Source: an uncultured Oscillospiraceae bacterium (GTDB lineage Bacteria; Bacillota; Clostridia; Oscillospirales; Oscillospiraceae). Taken from it: DNA of 64,000 nt. A model generated the notes under the pieces. The model searched no databases and was not told where the DNA came from. It worked only from the letters and a program-made list of their open reading frames with translations. The translations under genes and the position numbers were made by a program. Location of the stretch: assembly GCA_900768135.1 (NCBI GenBank), contig CAAGBT010000055.1, positions 113,852-177,851 of the forward strand, written 5' to 3'. Within the stretch, counting starts at the first letter, position 1. Each line of letters begins with the position of its first letter. Below, piece after piece: positions 52,325-61,614 of the stretch.

Positions 52325-52494
52325 TGATGCTCTGTTCGATTAGAGCATTGACAAGGCTAACAGATTAGAGCGCCTCTGTCAAGCGGCTTTCCGCCGAAGG
52401 GACGCGCCTCTGAAAAGAATAGACGGAGAACGCCGGAAAAAGTTCCGGAAATTTATGGTAAACTGAAAAAACGGCGGGCCGGCGTTCTGCCCGC

Positions 52495-53001
52495 TTACCA
52501 CCCGGCGCTTGCCAGAAACAGAGAATAGCGCACGAGCTTGGTTTTGTACTGGTAGCTCCAGCCCTGCGCATCCGTGTAGCGCAGGAGGGAACAGTCGGTG
52601 TAAAGGCGCGCGCCCTGCACCTCGCAGGGCCAGGCCTCCAGCGTGCTGCCATCGCCGAACGAGAGAAGCAGTCCGCTGCTTTCCGGCTGCCGGCGCACCT
52701 CCTCGCCCTTTCCGGCGGCGCAGAGTACGCTGAAGATGCGCGCGAGCGCATCTTCGTCCAGCGCGTGGGAGGCGCCGTCCAGCGCAGCGGTGAGGGAGTC
52801 GTTCTCGCGGGCGTAAAGGTCGCTTGCCGTCAGGGAGGATTCATAGCGCTGGTAGCGATGCTCGGCGCGGACGGTGGAAACGATGGGGAACGCCGCAACG
52901 AGCAGCAGCGCCAGCGCGAGCAGCAGCGGCGCGCGCAGCGTGCCGCCGCGTTCCCGGCGTTCTTTTTTGTGCCGGTCTACGGCGTCGTAAAGCTTGGACA
53001 T
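52495..53001 (-). CDS. Membrane-anchored hypothetical protein
   Basis: The start MSKLYDAVDRHKKERRERGG precedes one TM helix. No recognisable family. A terminator hairpin lies immediately downstream (52462..52496, minus-strand sense). Confidence 0.35.
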   Translation of the reverse strand: MSKLYDAVDRHKKERRERGGTLRAPLLLALALLLVAAFPIVSTVRAEHRYQRYESSLTASDLYARENDSLTAALDGASHALDEDALARIFSVLCAAGKGEEVRRQPESSGLLLSFGDGSTLEAWPCEVQGARLYTDCSLLRYTDAQGWSYQYKTKLVRYSLFLASAGW

Positions 53002-53208
53002 GGGCTGATACCTCGTTTTCTGGTGTTCTGCGCGCGTTCCGTGCGGCGCAGACTTATCATATGACGGCTGCGGCGGAAAGTCAATCAACCGCTGCGCGGG
53101 AAAAGCAACCGGCGCGTGGATGCGCTTGCTTTTTACAGCGCTTTCCCGTATAATGTGGAGGATGATTCAGTCCTGCCGGGATGAGCCGGCGGACAGCGGA
53201 GGACGTTT

Positions 53209-53943
53209 ATGAAAAAGGTCGCATTGGTCACAGGCGCATCGCGCGGCATCGGGCGCGCGGTCGCGTATCAGCTGGCGCAGGACGGCTATGCCGTATGCGT
53301 CAACTATTATGAGCGGAAGGATAAAGCGGACGAGCTTGTTGCGCTGCTGCGGCGCGAGGGACGAGACGCCATCGCTGTGCAGGCGGACGTGTCGGTGCGC
53401 ACGCAGGTGGACGCCATGGTCGCGCAGTGCGGGCGCGAGCTGGGGCAGGCGACGCTGCTGGTGAACAACGCGGGCGTTGCCGGGCAGGCGCTGTTCCAGG
53501 ACGTGACGGACGAGCTGTGGGACCGCTACTTCGGAGTGAACCTCTGCGGCGCGCGCAACGCCATTCAGGCGGTGCTGCCGGGAATGCTGCACGAAAAGCG
53601 CGGCTGCATCGTCAACGTCTCCTCCATCTGGGGCCAGCACGGCGCATCGTGCGAGGTGGTCTATTCCTGCACGAAGCACGCCCTCATCGGGCTGACCCGC
53701 TCCCTTGCCATGGAGCTTGCACCCAGCGGCATCCGCGTCAACTGCGTCGCCCCCGGCGTGATCGATACCGACATGGTCCGCGTGCTGGGCGAGGAAACGC
53801 TGCGCGAGCTTGCCGAGCAGACGCCGCTCGGCCGTCTCGGCAGGCCGGAGGACATCGCCGCGGCGGTATCGTACCTTGCCTCGGACAAAGCGTCGTTCAT
53901 CACGGGGCAGGTGCTGGCGGTGGATGGGGCGTTCCTGCTCTGA
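53209..53943 (+). CDS. Short-chain dehydrogenase/reductase (FabG-like 3-oxoacyl-ACP reductase family)
   Basis: The cofactor-binding motif TGASRGIGRA, NNAG, and the catalytic YSCTK (Y-x3-K) are present. Confidence 0.8.
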   Translation: MKKVALVTGASRGIGRAVAYQLAQDGYAVCVNYYERKDKADELVALLRREGRDAIAVQADVSVRTQVDAMVAQCGRELGQATLLVNNAGVAGQALFQDVTDELWDRYFGVNLCGARNAIQAVLPGMLHEKRGCIVNVSSIWGQHGASCEVVYSCTKHALIGLTRSLAMELAPSGIRVNCVAPGVIDTDMVRVLGEETLRELAEQTPLGRLGRPEDIAAAVSYLASDKASFITGQVLAVDGAFLL

Positions 53944-53944
53944 G

Positions 53945-54388
53945 TCAGCGCCCGGTGCTGCCAAAGCCGCCTTCGCCGCGCGCGGTGCCGGGAAGCGCAT
54001 CAGTCTCTTCAAATTCCATGGGCAGGAACGGCAGCAGCACAAGCTGCGCGATGCGGTCGCCATGGCGGATGACGCGCTCCTCCCCGCTGTCGTTATGCAG
54101 GGCGACCATGCACTCGCCGCGGTAGTCGCTGTCGATCACGCCCGTGCAGTTTGCCGGACGCAGCCCCTGCTTTGCAGCCAGCCCGCTGCGGGCAAAGACC
54201 GCGCCGAACGTCCCCTCCGGCAGGGCGAAGGAAAGCCCTGTGTGCAGCATCAGCGTGCGGTGCGGGGGGATGGAAACAGCTTCGTCGCCGTCAAGGCAGG
54301 CGCACAGGTCGTAGCCGGCGGCGAATGCCGAACCGCGCGTGGGCAGCGTTGCGTCCGCGCGGAGCTTTTTGATTTGTACCATGGCCAT
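53945..54388 (-). CDS. dut: dUTP diphosphatase
   Basis: 147 aa. The conserved dUTPase motifs AAGYDL, RSGLAAK and GVIDSDYRGE are present. The start MAMVQIKK is preceded by GGAGG. Confidence 0.85.
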   Translation of the reverse strand: MAMVQIKKLRADATLPTRGSAFAAGYDLCACLDGDEAVSIPPHRTLMLHTGLSFALPEGTFGAVFARSGLAAKQGLRPANCTGVIDSDYRGECMVALHNDSGEERVIRHGDRIAQLVLLPFLPMEFEETDALPGTARGEGGFGSTGR

Positions 54389-54589
54389 AAAGGGAAGCCT
54401 CCTTGTTGTTGATATGCTCATTATAATTCCCGCGCGGGGCAAAAGCAAGCGGGCGGCTCCGGCAGGATATGCCGGCAGGAAGAAATTGCCCTTGCAAAAT
54501 GCAGAAAGTTCTGCTAATATACTATGATGTAATGTTTCCGCCCACTGCTGGCGCTTACAAAACGACACCCTTTTTGGAGGTTCGGATAG

Positions 54590-55363
54590 ATGGCAAAGAA
54601 CAATAAGCGCGCGGCGCACACGAACAGGAGCGACCGCAATGTCAACCGCGCAATGATCCTGCTGATGCTCGGCATCATCGTTGAGTGCTATCTGCTGGTG
54701 ATGAACACCTATTACGTAAAAGGAGCGGTCGGCCAGGTGCTGACGGCGATGAACGTACTCAAGATGCTGTACTATGTTGGCTGCGCGCTGTTCGGCGCGG
54801 GGCTTGTATTCTGGGTCATGCGCAAAACGCGGACGCGCATTGCACCCGCCGCGCCGTGGCTTTTGTGCGCCGGCTTCTTCTTTTCCGTTTCCTCGCAAAT
54901 CATGCTCAAGATCTATCCGCAGGGAACGAAGCTCATGTGCGTTTTGGTCCCCGTGGCGATGCTGCTGGGCATTATCTTCCTGCTCTACCCGCGCGAGTTT
55001 TCCGTGCAGGCCCTCGCGCTTACAGCCGCGCTGATGGCAATGTACCTTATCCATCGCGGCAGCGGGGTGGAGAGCTGGGGCGGCATCGTGACCGGGTGCA
55101 GCGTCTTCGCGGCCTGCGCCGTGGCTGTGCTGGCGATCGCCGTTTTTAAGGCGGGGAAGGACGATGGCAGGCTGAAGCGGCTGGGCGGAGTGCGCATCGT
55201 GTCGCAGGGCGCGGATTACCGCCTGATCTATGCAGTGCTTGCCGTGTGCTTTGCGGTGATTATTGCGGCGCTGCTGGTCGCGTCCATCGCTTATTACGCG
55301 CTCTGGGCGCTGGCGATCGCCGCGTTCCTGCTCGCTGTGTACTACACAGTGAAGATGATGTGA
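54590..55363 (+). CDS. Polytopic membrane protein of unknown function
   Basis: 7-8 TM helices with a GGAGG RBS. A TTGCAA-17-TAATAT promoter-like element lies upstream. Confidence 0.4.
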   Translation: MAKNNKRAAHTNRSDRNVNRAMILLMLGIIVECYLLVMNTYYVKGAVGQVLTAMNVLKMLYYVGCALFGAGLVFWVMRKTRTRIAPAAPWLLCAGFFFSVSSQIMLKIYPQGTKLMCVLVPVAMLLGIIFLLYPREFSVQALALTAALMAMYLIHRGSGVESWGGIVTGCSVFAACAVAVLAIAVFKAGKDDGRLKRLGGVRIVSQGADYRLIYAVLAVCFAVIIAALLVASIAYYALWALAIAAFLLAVYYTVKMM

Positions 55364-55487
55364 GTACAAATCCGAGAAAAAGGCCGCCGGTCCGCAGGAC
55401 CGACGGCCTTGACTTCTGAACTGAAGGAAAAACGGGCCGCGCTGCACCGGATGCGGCGGGCTGTAAAAAAAGAAAGGAGAACAACGT

Positions 55488-56900
55488 ATGATTCGATTTG
55501 GGACCGGCGGATGGCGCGCCATCATTGCCGACGGCTTTACCAAGGAGAATATCCGTCTGCTGATGGCGGGCCTGTGCAGGCTGATGCAGGACGAGGGCCA
55601 CGCGGGCGCGGAAATCTGCGTGGGCTATGACCGGCGCTTTTTGTCCAAGGAATCCGCTCACTGGGCGGCGGAGGTGCTGGCGGGCTACGGCTTCCGTCCC
55701 TATGTCATCAACCGCTCCAGCCCCACGCCGCTGATGATGTTCACCGTCAAAAGGCGCGCAATGCCCTACGGCATTGCCGTCACGGCCAGCCATAACCCCG
55801 CCATCTATAATGGCATCAAGGTCTTTACCGCCGGCGGGCGCGACGCCGATAAGGACGTAACGAACCGCATTGAAGCCGAGATCGCCCGGCTTTCGCCCTC
55901 GGACGTTAAAAGCGTGGACTATGACGAGGCGCTCGCGCGCGGTCTGATCACCGAAGGAAATCCCACGAACGAATACCTCGACAGCGTGCTGTCCGCAGTG
56001 AATGTGGAGGCGATCAAAAGGGCGGGACTGCGCATCGGCTTCGATCCCATGTACGGCGTGAGCTGGTCGTGCCTGAGTATGCTGCTCACGACCTGCCGCT
56101 GCGACCTCGAGGTCATCCACGACCGCCACGACACGCTCTTCGGCGGCAAGCTCCCCGCGCCGAACGTGGACACGCTCAAGCCGCTGGCGGCGCTGGTGCT
56201 TGACAGGCACTGCGACCTCGGCATTGCGACGGACGGCGACGCCGACCGTCTTGGCGTGATCGACAACGAGGGACAATTCATTCACCCGAACAAGCTGCTC
56301 GTGCTGCTCTATTACTACCTTGTCAAATACCGCGGCTGGCAGGGGCCGTGCGTGCGCAATAATTCCACCTCCCACCTGCTCGACCGTGTGGCCGAGGGAC
56401 TGGGGCAGAAGTGCTATGAGGTGCCGGTCGGCTTTAAATGGGTCTCGGCAAAGATGGCGGAGACGGACGCGATCATCGGCGGCGAATCCTCCGGCGGTAT
56501 GGCCGTGCGCGGGCATATCTCCGGGAAGGACGGAATCTATGCCGCGGCGCTGCTGGTGGAGATGCTGGCGGTGACGGGGAAGTCCGTTTCCCAGCTGTTC
56601 GCTGAGATCACCGCGCAGTACGGCAATCCCTGCTGGGCCGAGGCCGACTTCCGCATGACGCCCAGGCGCAAAGAGAAGCTGCGTGAGCTGTTGTTCACGG
56701 AGGAAAAGATCCCCGATTTCGGTACGGATATTGGCCACATCAGCCGCGAGGACGGCTGCAAAGTATATTTTGCCGACGGCAGCTGGGTCATCTGCCGCTT
56801 TTCCGGCACGGAGCCGCTGCTGCGCATGGCTGCCGAAGCGGACACACGGGAACGCGCCGAGGGCTATATCAGGGCCTGGTGCGCGCTGCTGGAGCTGTAA
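55488..56900 (+). CDS. Phospho-sugar mutase (alpha-D-phosphohexomutase superfamily; candidate amino-sugar phosphate mutase)
   Basis: The active-site loop is TASHNPAIYNGIKVF, the metal loop is DGDADR, and the sugar-binding loop is GESSGG. The gene is co-oriented with nagB-nagA. Confidence 0.8.
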   Translation: MIRFGTGGWRAIIADGFTKENIRLLMAGLCRLMQDEGHAGAEICVGYDRRFLSKESAHWAAEVLAGYGFRPYVINRSSPTPLMMFTVKRRAMPYGIAVTASHNPAIYNGIKVFTAGGRDADKDVTNRIEAEIARLSPSDVKSVDYDEALARGLITEGNPTNEYLDSVLSAVNVEAIKRAGLRIGFDPMYGVSWSCLSMLLTTCRCDLEVIHDRHDTLFGGKLPAPNVDTLKPLAALVLDRHCDLGIATDGDADRLGVIDNEGQFIHPNKLLVLLYYYLVKYRGWQGPCVRNNSTSHLLDRVAEGLGQKCYEVPVGFKWVSAKMAETDAIIGGESSGGMAVRGHISGKDGIYAAALLVEMLAVTGKSVSQLFAEITAQYGNPCWAEADFRMTPRRKEKLRELLFTEEKIPDFGTDIGHISREDGCKVYFADGSWVICRFSGTEPLLRMAAEADTRERAEGYIRAWCALLEL

Positions 56901-56911
56901 GGAGGCTGCTG

Positions 56912-57652
56912 ATGCTTCATCTGAAAATTCTGAGAGCGGAGACGCGGGAAGAGGTGGGAGATCTTGCTGCCGACCAGTTTCAGGAGGTCATCTCCGCCAA
57001 ACCCGCGTGCGTGCTGGGGCTGGCCACCGGCTCCACGCCGCTGCCGCTCTACCGCGAGCTGATCGCGCGCGAGCGCGCAGGACTGATCGACTTCCGCCGT
57101 GTGCGGACCGTGAATCTGGACGAGTATAAGGGCCTTTCGCCCGAGCATCCGCAAAGCTATCGCCGCTTCATGCAGGAGAATCTGTTCGACCATATTGCCA
57201 TCCTTCCCGAGAACACCATGGTACCCGACGGGCTGACGGACGACGTCGAAAAGATGTGCATGGACTATGAGCGTGCCATTGAGGACTGGGGCGGCGTGGA
57301 TCTGCAGCTGCTCGGCCTCGGCCACGACGGACACATCGGCTTCAACGAACCCTGTGGCCACTTTCCCAGCTGGACGCACGAGGTCGCGCTGACCGAATCG
57401 ACCCGCCGCGCGAACGCCCGCTTTTTCACAAGCGAGGACGAGGTCCCCCGTGCCGCCTACACCATGGGCATCGGCACGGTAATGGCCTCGCGCAGCGTGC
57501 TGATCTTAGTCACCGGCGCGGACAAGGCGGAAGTGCTGCGCAAGGCGTTCTTCGGCCCTGTAACGCCATGGGTGCCGGCGTCCATCCTGCAGTTCCATCA
57601 GGACGTGACGCTCATCTGCGACCGCGCCGCGTGGGAGGGCGCGAATATCTGA
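56912..57652 (+). CDS. nagB: Glucosamine-6-phosphate deaminase
   Basis: GLATGSTP, DEY and LLGLGHDGHIGFNEP are the canonical NagB motifs. The start is preceded by GGAGG. Confidence 0.85.
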   Translation: MLHLKILRAETREEVGDLAADQFQEVISAKPACVLGLATGSTPLPLYRELIARERAGLIDFRRVRTVNLDEYKGLSPEHPQSYRRFMQENLFDHIAILPENTMVPDGLTDDVEKMCMDYERAIEDWGGVDLQLLGLGHDGHIGFNEPCGHFPSWTHEVALTESTRRANARFFTSEDEVPRAAYTMGIGTVMASRSVLILVTGADKAEVLRKAFFGPVTPWVPASILQFHQDVTLICDRAAWEGANI

Positions 57653-57664
57653 GGAGGCGGGACG

Positions 57665-58804
57665 ATGCGATTTGAAAACGGGACGATCTTTGTAGACGGC
57701 CGCTTTGTCTGCGGCGGGTTTTCCGTGAAAGACGGGCGCTTTGCCCGCGTGCTGGAAGATCCCTTTCCGGATGAGACGCGCACCGATCTTTGCGGCGCGC
57801 TTGTTATTCCGGGGCTGGTGGATATCCACACGCACGGCAATTCCGGCGCAGATTTTTCCGATGGGAACGACGCGGGGCTTGCGGCAATGGCGCGCTATCT
57901 TGCCGCACACGGTGTGACAAGCTTTGCGCCCGCTTCGATGACGCTGCCGTACAGCGTGCTGGAAACGGCGTTCCGCACCGCGGTGCGGCTGCACCGTGCG
58001 CCTGCGGAAAACGCCGCGCGCCTGATGGGGATCCAGATGGAAGGTCCGTTCTTTTCCGAAAAGAAAAAGGGCGCGCAGAATGCAGACTATCTGCGCCTGC
58101 CGGACTACGACGCCTTCGCGCGGCTTTATGACGCGGCGGAGGGCCTGCTGCGCATTGTGGACATTGCACCCGAGCTTGCGGGCGCGGCGGAATTCACGCG
58201 CCGCGCGGCGCAGAAGTGCTGCGTGTCCGTGGCGCATACGGACGCAGACTATGAGGAGGCTGCAGCTGTGTTTGACGCGGGGGCGACGCACCTGACGCAC
58301 CTTTACAACGCCATGCCCGGCATCCATCACCGCCGGCCCGGGCCGATCGGCGCGGCCTCGGAGCGGGAGAGCGTCATTGCCGAGCTGATCTGCGATGGGC
58401 ATCACGTCCACCCCAGCGCCGTACGCATGGCGTTCCGGCTGTTTCCCGGGCGTATCTGCCTGATCTCCGATGCGCTGCGCTGCTGCGGGATGCCGGACGG
58501 ACGGTACACGCTCGGCGGGCAGGATGTATTTCTCGAGGGCGGCGTGGCGCGGCTTGCGGACGGCACGATTGCGGGAAGCGCGGCAAACCTTTACGACTGT
58601 ATGCGCAATGCCGTTGCCTTCGGCGTTGCGCGCGAGCAGGCGGTCCTGTCAGCCACGCTCGTTCCCGCGCGCGAGATCGGGCGGGAAGGCGAGATCGGCT
58701 CGATCCGCAGCGGCGCGCTGGCCGATTTTGTCGTGTGCGGCGAGGATCTTGCCCGCAGGGCCGTCTATCTCGGCGGGAAAGCGGTATGCGGCCCGAGCGT
58801 ATGA
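57665..58804 (+). CDS. nagA: N-acetylglucosamine-6-phosphate deacetylase
   Basis: Amidohydrolase fold with the GLVDIHTHG metal-binding motif. Length and architecture match NagA. Confidence 0.85.
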   Translation: MRFENGTIFVDGRFVCGGFSVKDGRFARVLEDPFPDETRTDLCGALVIPGLVDIHTHGNSGADFSDGNDAGLAAMARYLAAHGVTSFAPASMTLPYSVLETAFRTAVRLHRAPAENAARLMGIQMEGPFFSEKKKGAQNADYLRLPDYDAFARLYDAAEGLLRIVDIAPELAGAAEFTRRAAQKCCVSVAHTDADYEEAAAVFDAGATHLTHLYNAMPGIHHRRPGPIGAASERESVIAELICDGHHVHPSAVRMAFRLFPGRICLISDALRCCGMPDGRYTLGGQDVFLEGGVARLADGTIAGSAANLYDCMRNAVAFGVAREQAVLSATLVPAREIGREGEIGSIRSGALADFVVCGEDLARRAVYLGGKAVCGPSV

Positions 58805-58886
58805 GACAAAGGGGCGGCGGTCCCCGCATTGACGGTATCATGAAGAAACCCCTGCGCGCCATGCGGCGCGCAGGGGTTTCTTCTGC

Positions 58887-59486
58887 TCAGATATCGCGGC
58901 GGCCTTCCAGCGCGCGCATGAGCGTTGCATCGTCGGCAAATTCCAGATGCCCGCCCACGGGGATGCCGTAGGCAAGGCGCGTGACGCGCACGCCGAACGG
59001 GCGCAGAAGGCGGGCAAGGTACATGGCCGTTGCTTCGCCCTCAGTGTCGGGGTTCGTGGCCATGATGACCTCCTCCACGCCGCCCTGCGCCACGCGGTCC
59101 AAAAGCGGCCTGATCTCCAGATCGTCCGGCCCCACATGGTTCATCGGCGAGATGACGCCATGCAGCACATGATAGCGGCCGTTGTACTCGCGCGCGCGCT
59201 CGATGGCGACCACATCGCGCGGGTCGGCCACCACGCAGATAACGTGTTCGTCGCGCTTGGGGGACGAGCAGATGGGACAGAGTCCCCCATCGGTCAGGTT
59301 GCGGCAAACAGGGCAGCAGGTCACGGTGCGCTTGGCCTCGATGATCGCGTCGGCAAAGGCCCGGGCATCGTCCTCCGGCAGGCTCAGCACGAAAAAGGCA
59401 AGGCGCTGCGCGCTTTTGCTGCCGATGCCGGGCAGGCGCGCAAATTGTTCCACAAGCTTTTCCAGCGCTGCGGGAAAGTATTCCAT
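58887..59486 (-). CDS. recR: Recombination protein RecR
   Basis: The HhH region LPGIGSKSAQRLAFF, a C4 zinc finger (CCPVC..CPIC), and a Toprim domain are present. Confidence 0.9.
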   Translation of the reverse strand: MEYFPAALEKLVEQFARLPGIGSKSAQRLAFFVLSLPEDDARAFADAIIEAKRTVTCCPVCRNLTDGGLCPICSSPKRDEHVICVVADPRDVVAIERAREYNGRYHVLHGVISPMNHVGPDDLEIRPLLDRVAQGGVEEVIMATNPDTEGEATAMYLARLLRPFGVRVTRLAYGIPVGGHLEFADDATLMRALEGRRDI

Positions 59487-59490
59487 GGGT

Positions 59491-60138
59491 TCAACCTCTC
59501 AGCTCTTTGATCTTGGCGGGAATATCGGCGGCCTTGTAGACGGCGGAGCCGGCGACCAGCACGTCCGCACCCGCCTCGATGCAGGTCTTACACGTCACAG
59601 CGTCCACGCCGCCGTCCACCTCCAGCTCGCAGCGGGGGTTCTTCTCGCTGATCCAGCGGCGGATGGCGGCGACCTTGGGCATCATATCCGCCATGAATTT
59701 CTGCCCGCCGAAGCCCGGCTCTACGGTCATCACAAGGATGATGTCGCATTTTTCAAGGAACGGAAGCACGGCCTCCGCGCGCGTGTTGGGCTTGATGACC
59801 ACACCGGCGCGCTTGCCTTTGGCGTGGATCCTGTCGAGCGCAAGGTGGATATTCTCCGGGGTGTCAGCCTCCACATGGCAGGTGACGAGATCTGCGCCCG
59901 CATCGCAGAACTGCTCCACATAGCGCTCGGGCTGTACGATCATCAGGTGAACGTCGATGGGCAGCGCCGTGCGCCTGCGGATGGATTGAAGCACGGGGAT
60001 CCCGATGCTGATGTTGGGAACGAAGCAGCCGTCCATCACGTCGAAATGAACGTAGTCGGCGGTGGCGATGGCCTCCACGCCGCGGCCCAGCTCGGCGAAA
60101 TCAGCGGAGAGGATGGACGGCGCAATCTTGACAGACAT
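59491..60138 (-). CDS. rpe: Ribulose-phosphate 3-epimerase
   Basis: IAPSILSADF..HFDVMDG..VDGG are the canonical Rpe motifs. The start is preceded by GGAGGG. Confidence 0.9.
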   Translation of the reverse strand: MSVKIAPSILSADFAELGRGVEAIATADYVHFDVMDGCFVPNISIGIPVLQSIRRRTALPIDVHLMIVQPERYVEQFCDAGADLVTCHVEADTPENIHLALDRIHAKGKRAGVVIKPNTRAEAVLPFLEKCDIILVMTVEPGFGGQKFMADMMPKVAAIRRWISEKNPRCELEVDGGVDAVTCKTCIEAGADVLVAGSAVYKAADIPAKIKELRG

Positions 60139-60224
60139 AATAACAGCCCTCCTGCATTTTTTCTCTGAACCGTATTGTAGCAAAGCACTCTCACAAAATC
60201 AATGCAAAAAAATGTAAAATACAC

Positions 60225-60253
60225 TTGACATTTGCGCGCGGCGGTGCTATGCT
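60225..60253 (+). promoter_or_regulatory. Sigma-A-type promoter (TTGACA-17-TATGCT) flanked by AAATGTAAA direct repeats
   Basis: Consensus -35, 17-nt spacer. The 9-mer AAATGTAAA occurs immediately upstream of the -35 and immediately downstream of the -10. Confidence 0.4.
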
Positions 60254-60298
60254 CACAAATGTAAAGCAAGCTTGACTTTTTGGAAACGGAGCAGATCG

Positions 60299-60502
60299 AT
60301 GAAAAACCGCATGGAAGAGAGAAGAAAGGAACGCGGCATGACGCAGCAGCAGCTTGCTGCGGCGCTCGGCGTCTCGCGCCAGACGATCATTTCGCTCGAG
60401 AGCGGGAAGTACAACCCGTCCATCCTGCTGGCGCACAGTATCGCACGGCTTTTTGACGCGCGCATCGAGGATATTTTCATTTTTGAGGAGGAAGAGGCAT
60501 GA
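60299..60502 (+). CDS. XRE-family (Cro/C1-type HTH) small transcriptional regulator
   Basis: The HTH_3 core is RRKERGMTQQQLAAALGVSRQTIISLESGKYNPS. The six-frame ORF starts earlier (60272). The ATG at 60299 was chosen by RBS context, but the start is ambiguous. Confidence 0.6.
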   Translation: MKNRMEERRKERGMTQQQLAAALGVSRQTIISLESGKYNPSILLAHSIARLFDARIEDIFIFEEEEA

Positions 60503-60921
60503 AGGGTATGAATTTACAGGAGCAGAAAAAGTGCGGCATTCTGCTGACCGTCATCGGGCTTGTGATGTTTGCCATCGGATTTCTGCTCGGTGATGCGCAC
60601 ATGGGCGATTTTTACAGCGGCCTTGGCTGCGGCCTCTTTGTCTGCGGCGCGGTGCGGCTGCTGCGTGTTTACCGCCTGAGCCGCGACCCGGAAAAGGCGG
60701 CGGACTATGAGGCAATGCTCAAGGACGAACGCACGATCTATGTTGCGAGCAAGGCGCGCAGCATGACGTTTTTCATCTGCGTCTATGCCCAGCTCACGGC
60801 GGGACTGCTGGCGCTGCTGGTGTTTGACCAACCGATCATCGGGCAGGTGCTGTGTCTTGTGACCTGCGCGCAGTCGCTTATTTTTTGTGGGACTTATTGG
60901 TACTACAATAAGAAGTATTAA
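60499..60921 (+). CDS. Small membrane protein partnered with the XRE regulator (4 TM helices)
   Basis: The start overlaps the XRE stop (ATGA) and follows a GGAGGAAGAGG RBS. The HTH-plus-membrane-protein pairing is a recurrent two-gene module. Confidence 0.45.
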   Translation: MKGMNLQEQKKCGILLTVIGLVMFAIGFLLGDAHMGDFYSGLGCGLFVCGAVRLLRVYRLSRDPEKAADYEAMLKDERTIYVASKARSMTFFICVYAQLTAGLLALLVFDQPIIGQVLCLVTCAQSLIFCGTYWYYNKKY

Positions 60922-60981
60922 AATGCTCCCGCACAGTGCGGGGACCAAGCCGCAGTTTCCAGTGATGGGAAATCGCAAAGT

Positions 60982-61034
60982 TGTAAACCTTTTAGAAAAT
61001 AGAGGTTGACAGCATTCCACCGCCGTGCTATGAT
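60982..61034 (+). promoter_or_regulatory. BirA-operator-like dyad (TGTAAACC-N14-GGTTGACA) overlapping the bioY promoter (TTGACA-17-TATGAT)
   Basis: The half-sites resemble the Firmicute BirA box, TGTAAACC / GGTTTACA. The right half-site doubles as the -35 hexamer. It lies about 35 nt upstream of the bioY start. Confidence 0.35.
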
Positions 61035-61068
61035 GGCTCCAGTTTTCTGAAAAAGGAGCTATCCCGCC

Positions 61069-61614
61069 ATGAAAAGGATCTCGACCCGCGAACTCATCTA
61101 CTGCGCGCTGTTCGCCGCGCTGACCGCAATCGGCGCGTTCATCCACTTCCAGCTCTTCCAGGCGACCATCACGCTGCAATTCTTCTTCACCGCCATGGCG
61201 GGGCTGCTGCTTGGCGCGCGGCTCGGCGCGCTGTCGCAGCTGCTGTATGTGGCGCTGGGACTGGCGGGGCTGCCGATCTTTGCTGCGGGAGGCGGCTTCG
61301 GATATATTTTCAACCCGACGTTCGGCTTTCTGCTCGGCCTGATCCCCACGGCGTGGGTCATCGGCAAGCTTGCGGAAAAGGACCGCTCCGTGCCGCGCCT
61401 GCTGCTGGCGTGCGCTGCAGGCCTTGCGGTGCTGTATCTCGTGGGGCTGCCCTATATCGCCCTGATCGTGAACGTTTACAAGGGCGGCGCGGTGGGCGCG
61501 ATGACGCTGGCGACCGCCTATATGCTGCCGTATCTGCCGGGCGACTGCCTGAAGATCGCAATCAGCGTGATCCTTGCGCCGCGCATTCTGCGCGCGATGG
61601 AAAGAAATTCATAA
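61069..61614 (+). CDS. bioY: Biotin transporter substrate-specific (S) component BioY
   Basis: 181 aa with 6 TM helices. The BioY signature region is ..LGARLGALSQLLYVALGLAGLPIFAAGGGFGY.. Confidence 0.8.
   Translation: MKRISTRELIYCALFAALTAIGAFIHFQLFQATITLQFFFTAMAGLLLGARLGALSQLLYVALGLAGLPIFAAGGGFGYIFNPTFGFLLGLIPTAWVIGKLAEKDRSVPRLLLACAAGLAVLYLVGLPYIALIVNVYKGGAVGAMTLATAYMLPYLPGDCLKIAISVILAPRILRAMERNS

Noticed and set aside
55364-55487. glmS ribozyme or other riboswitch in the leader of the amino-sugar mutase gene
   Set aside because: The region is too short for a glmS ribozyme and lacks its conserved core. Only two simple hairpins without terminator T-tracts are present.
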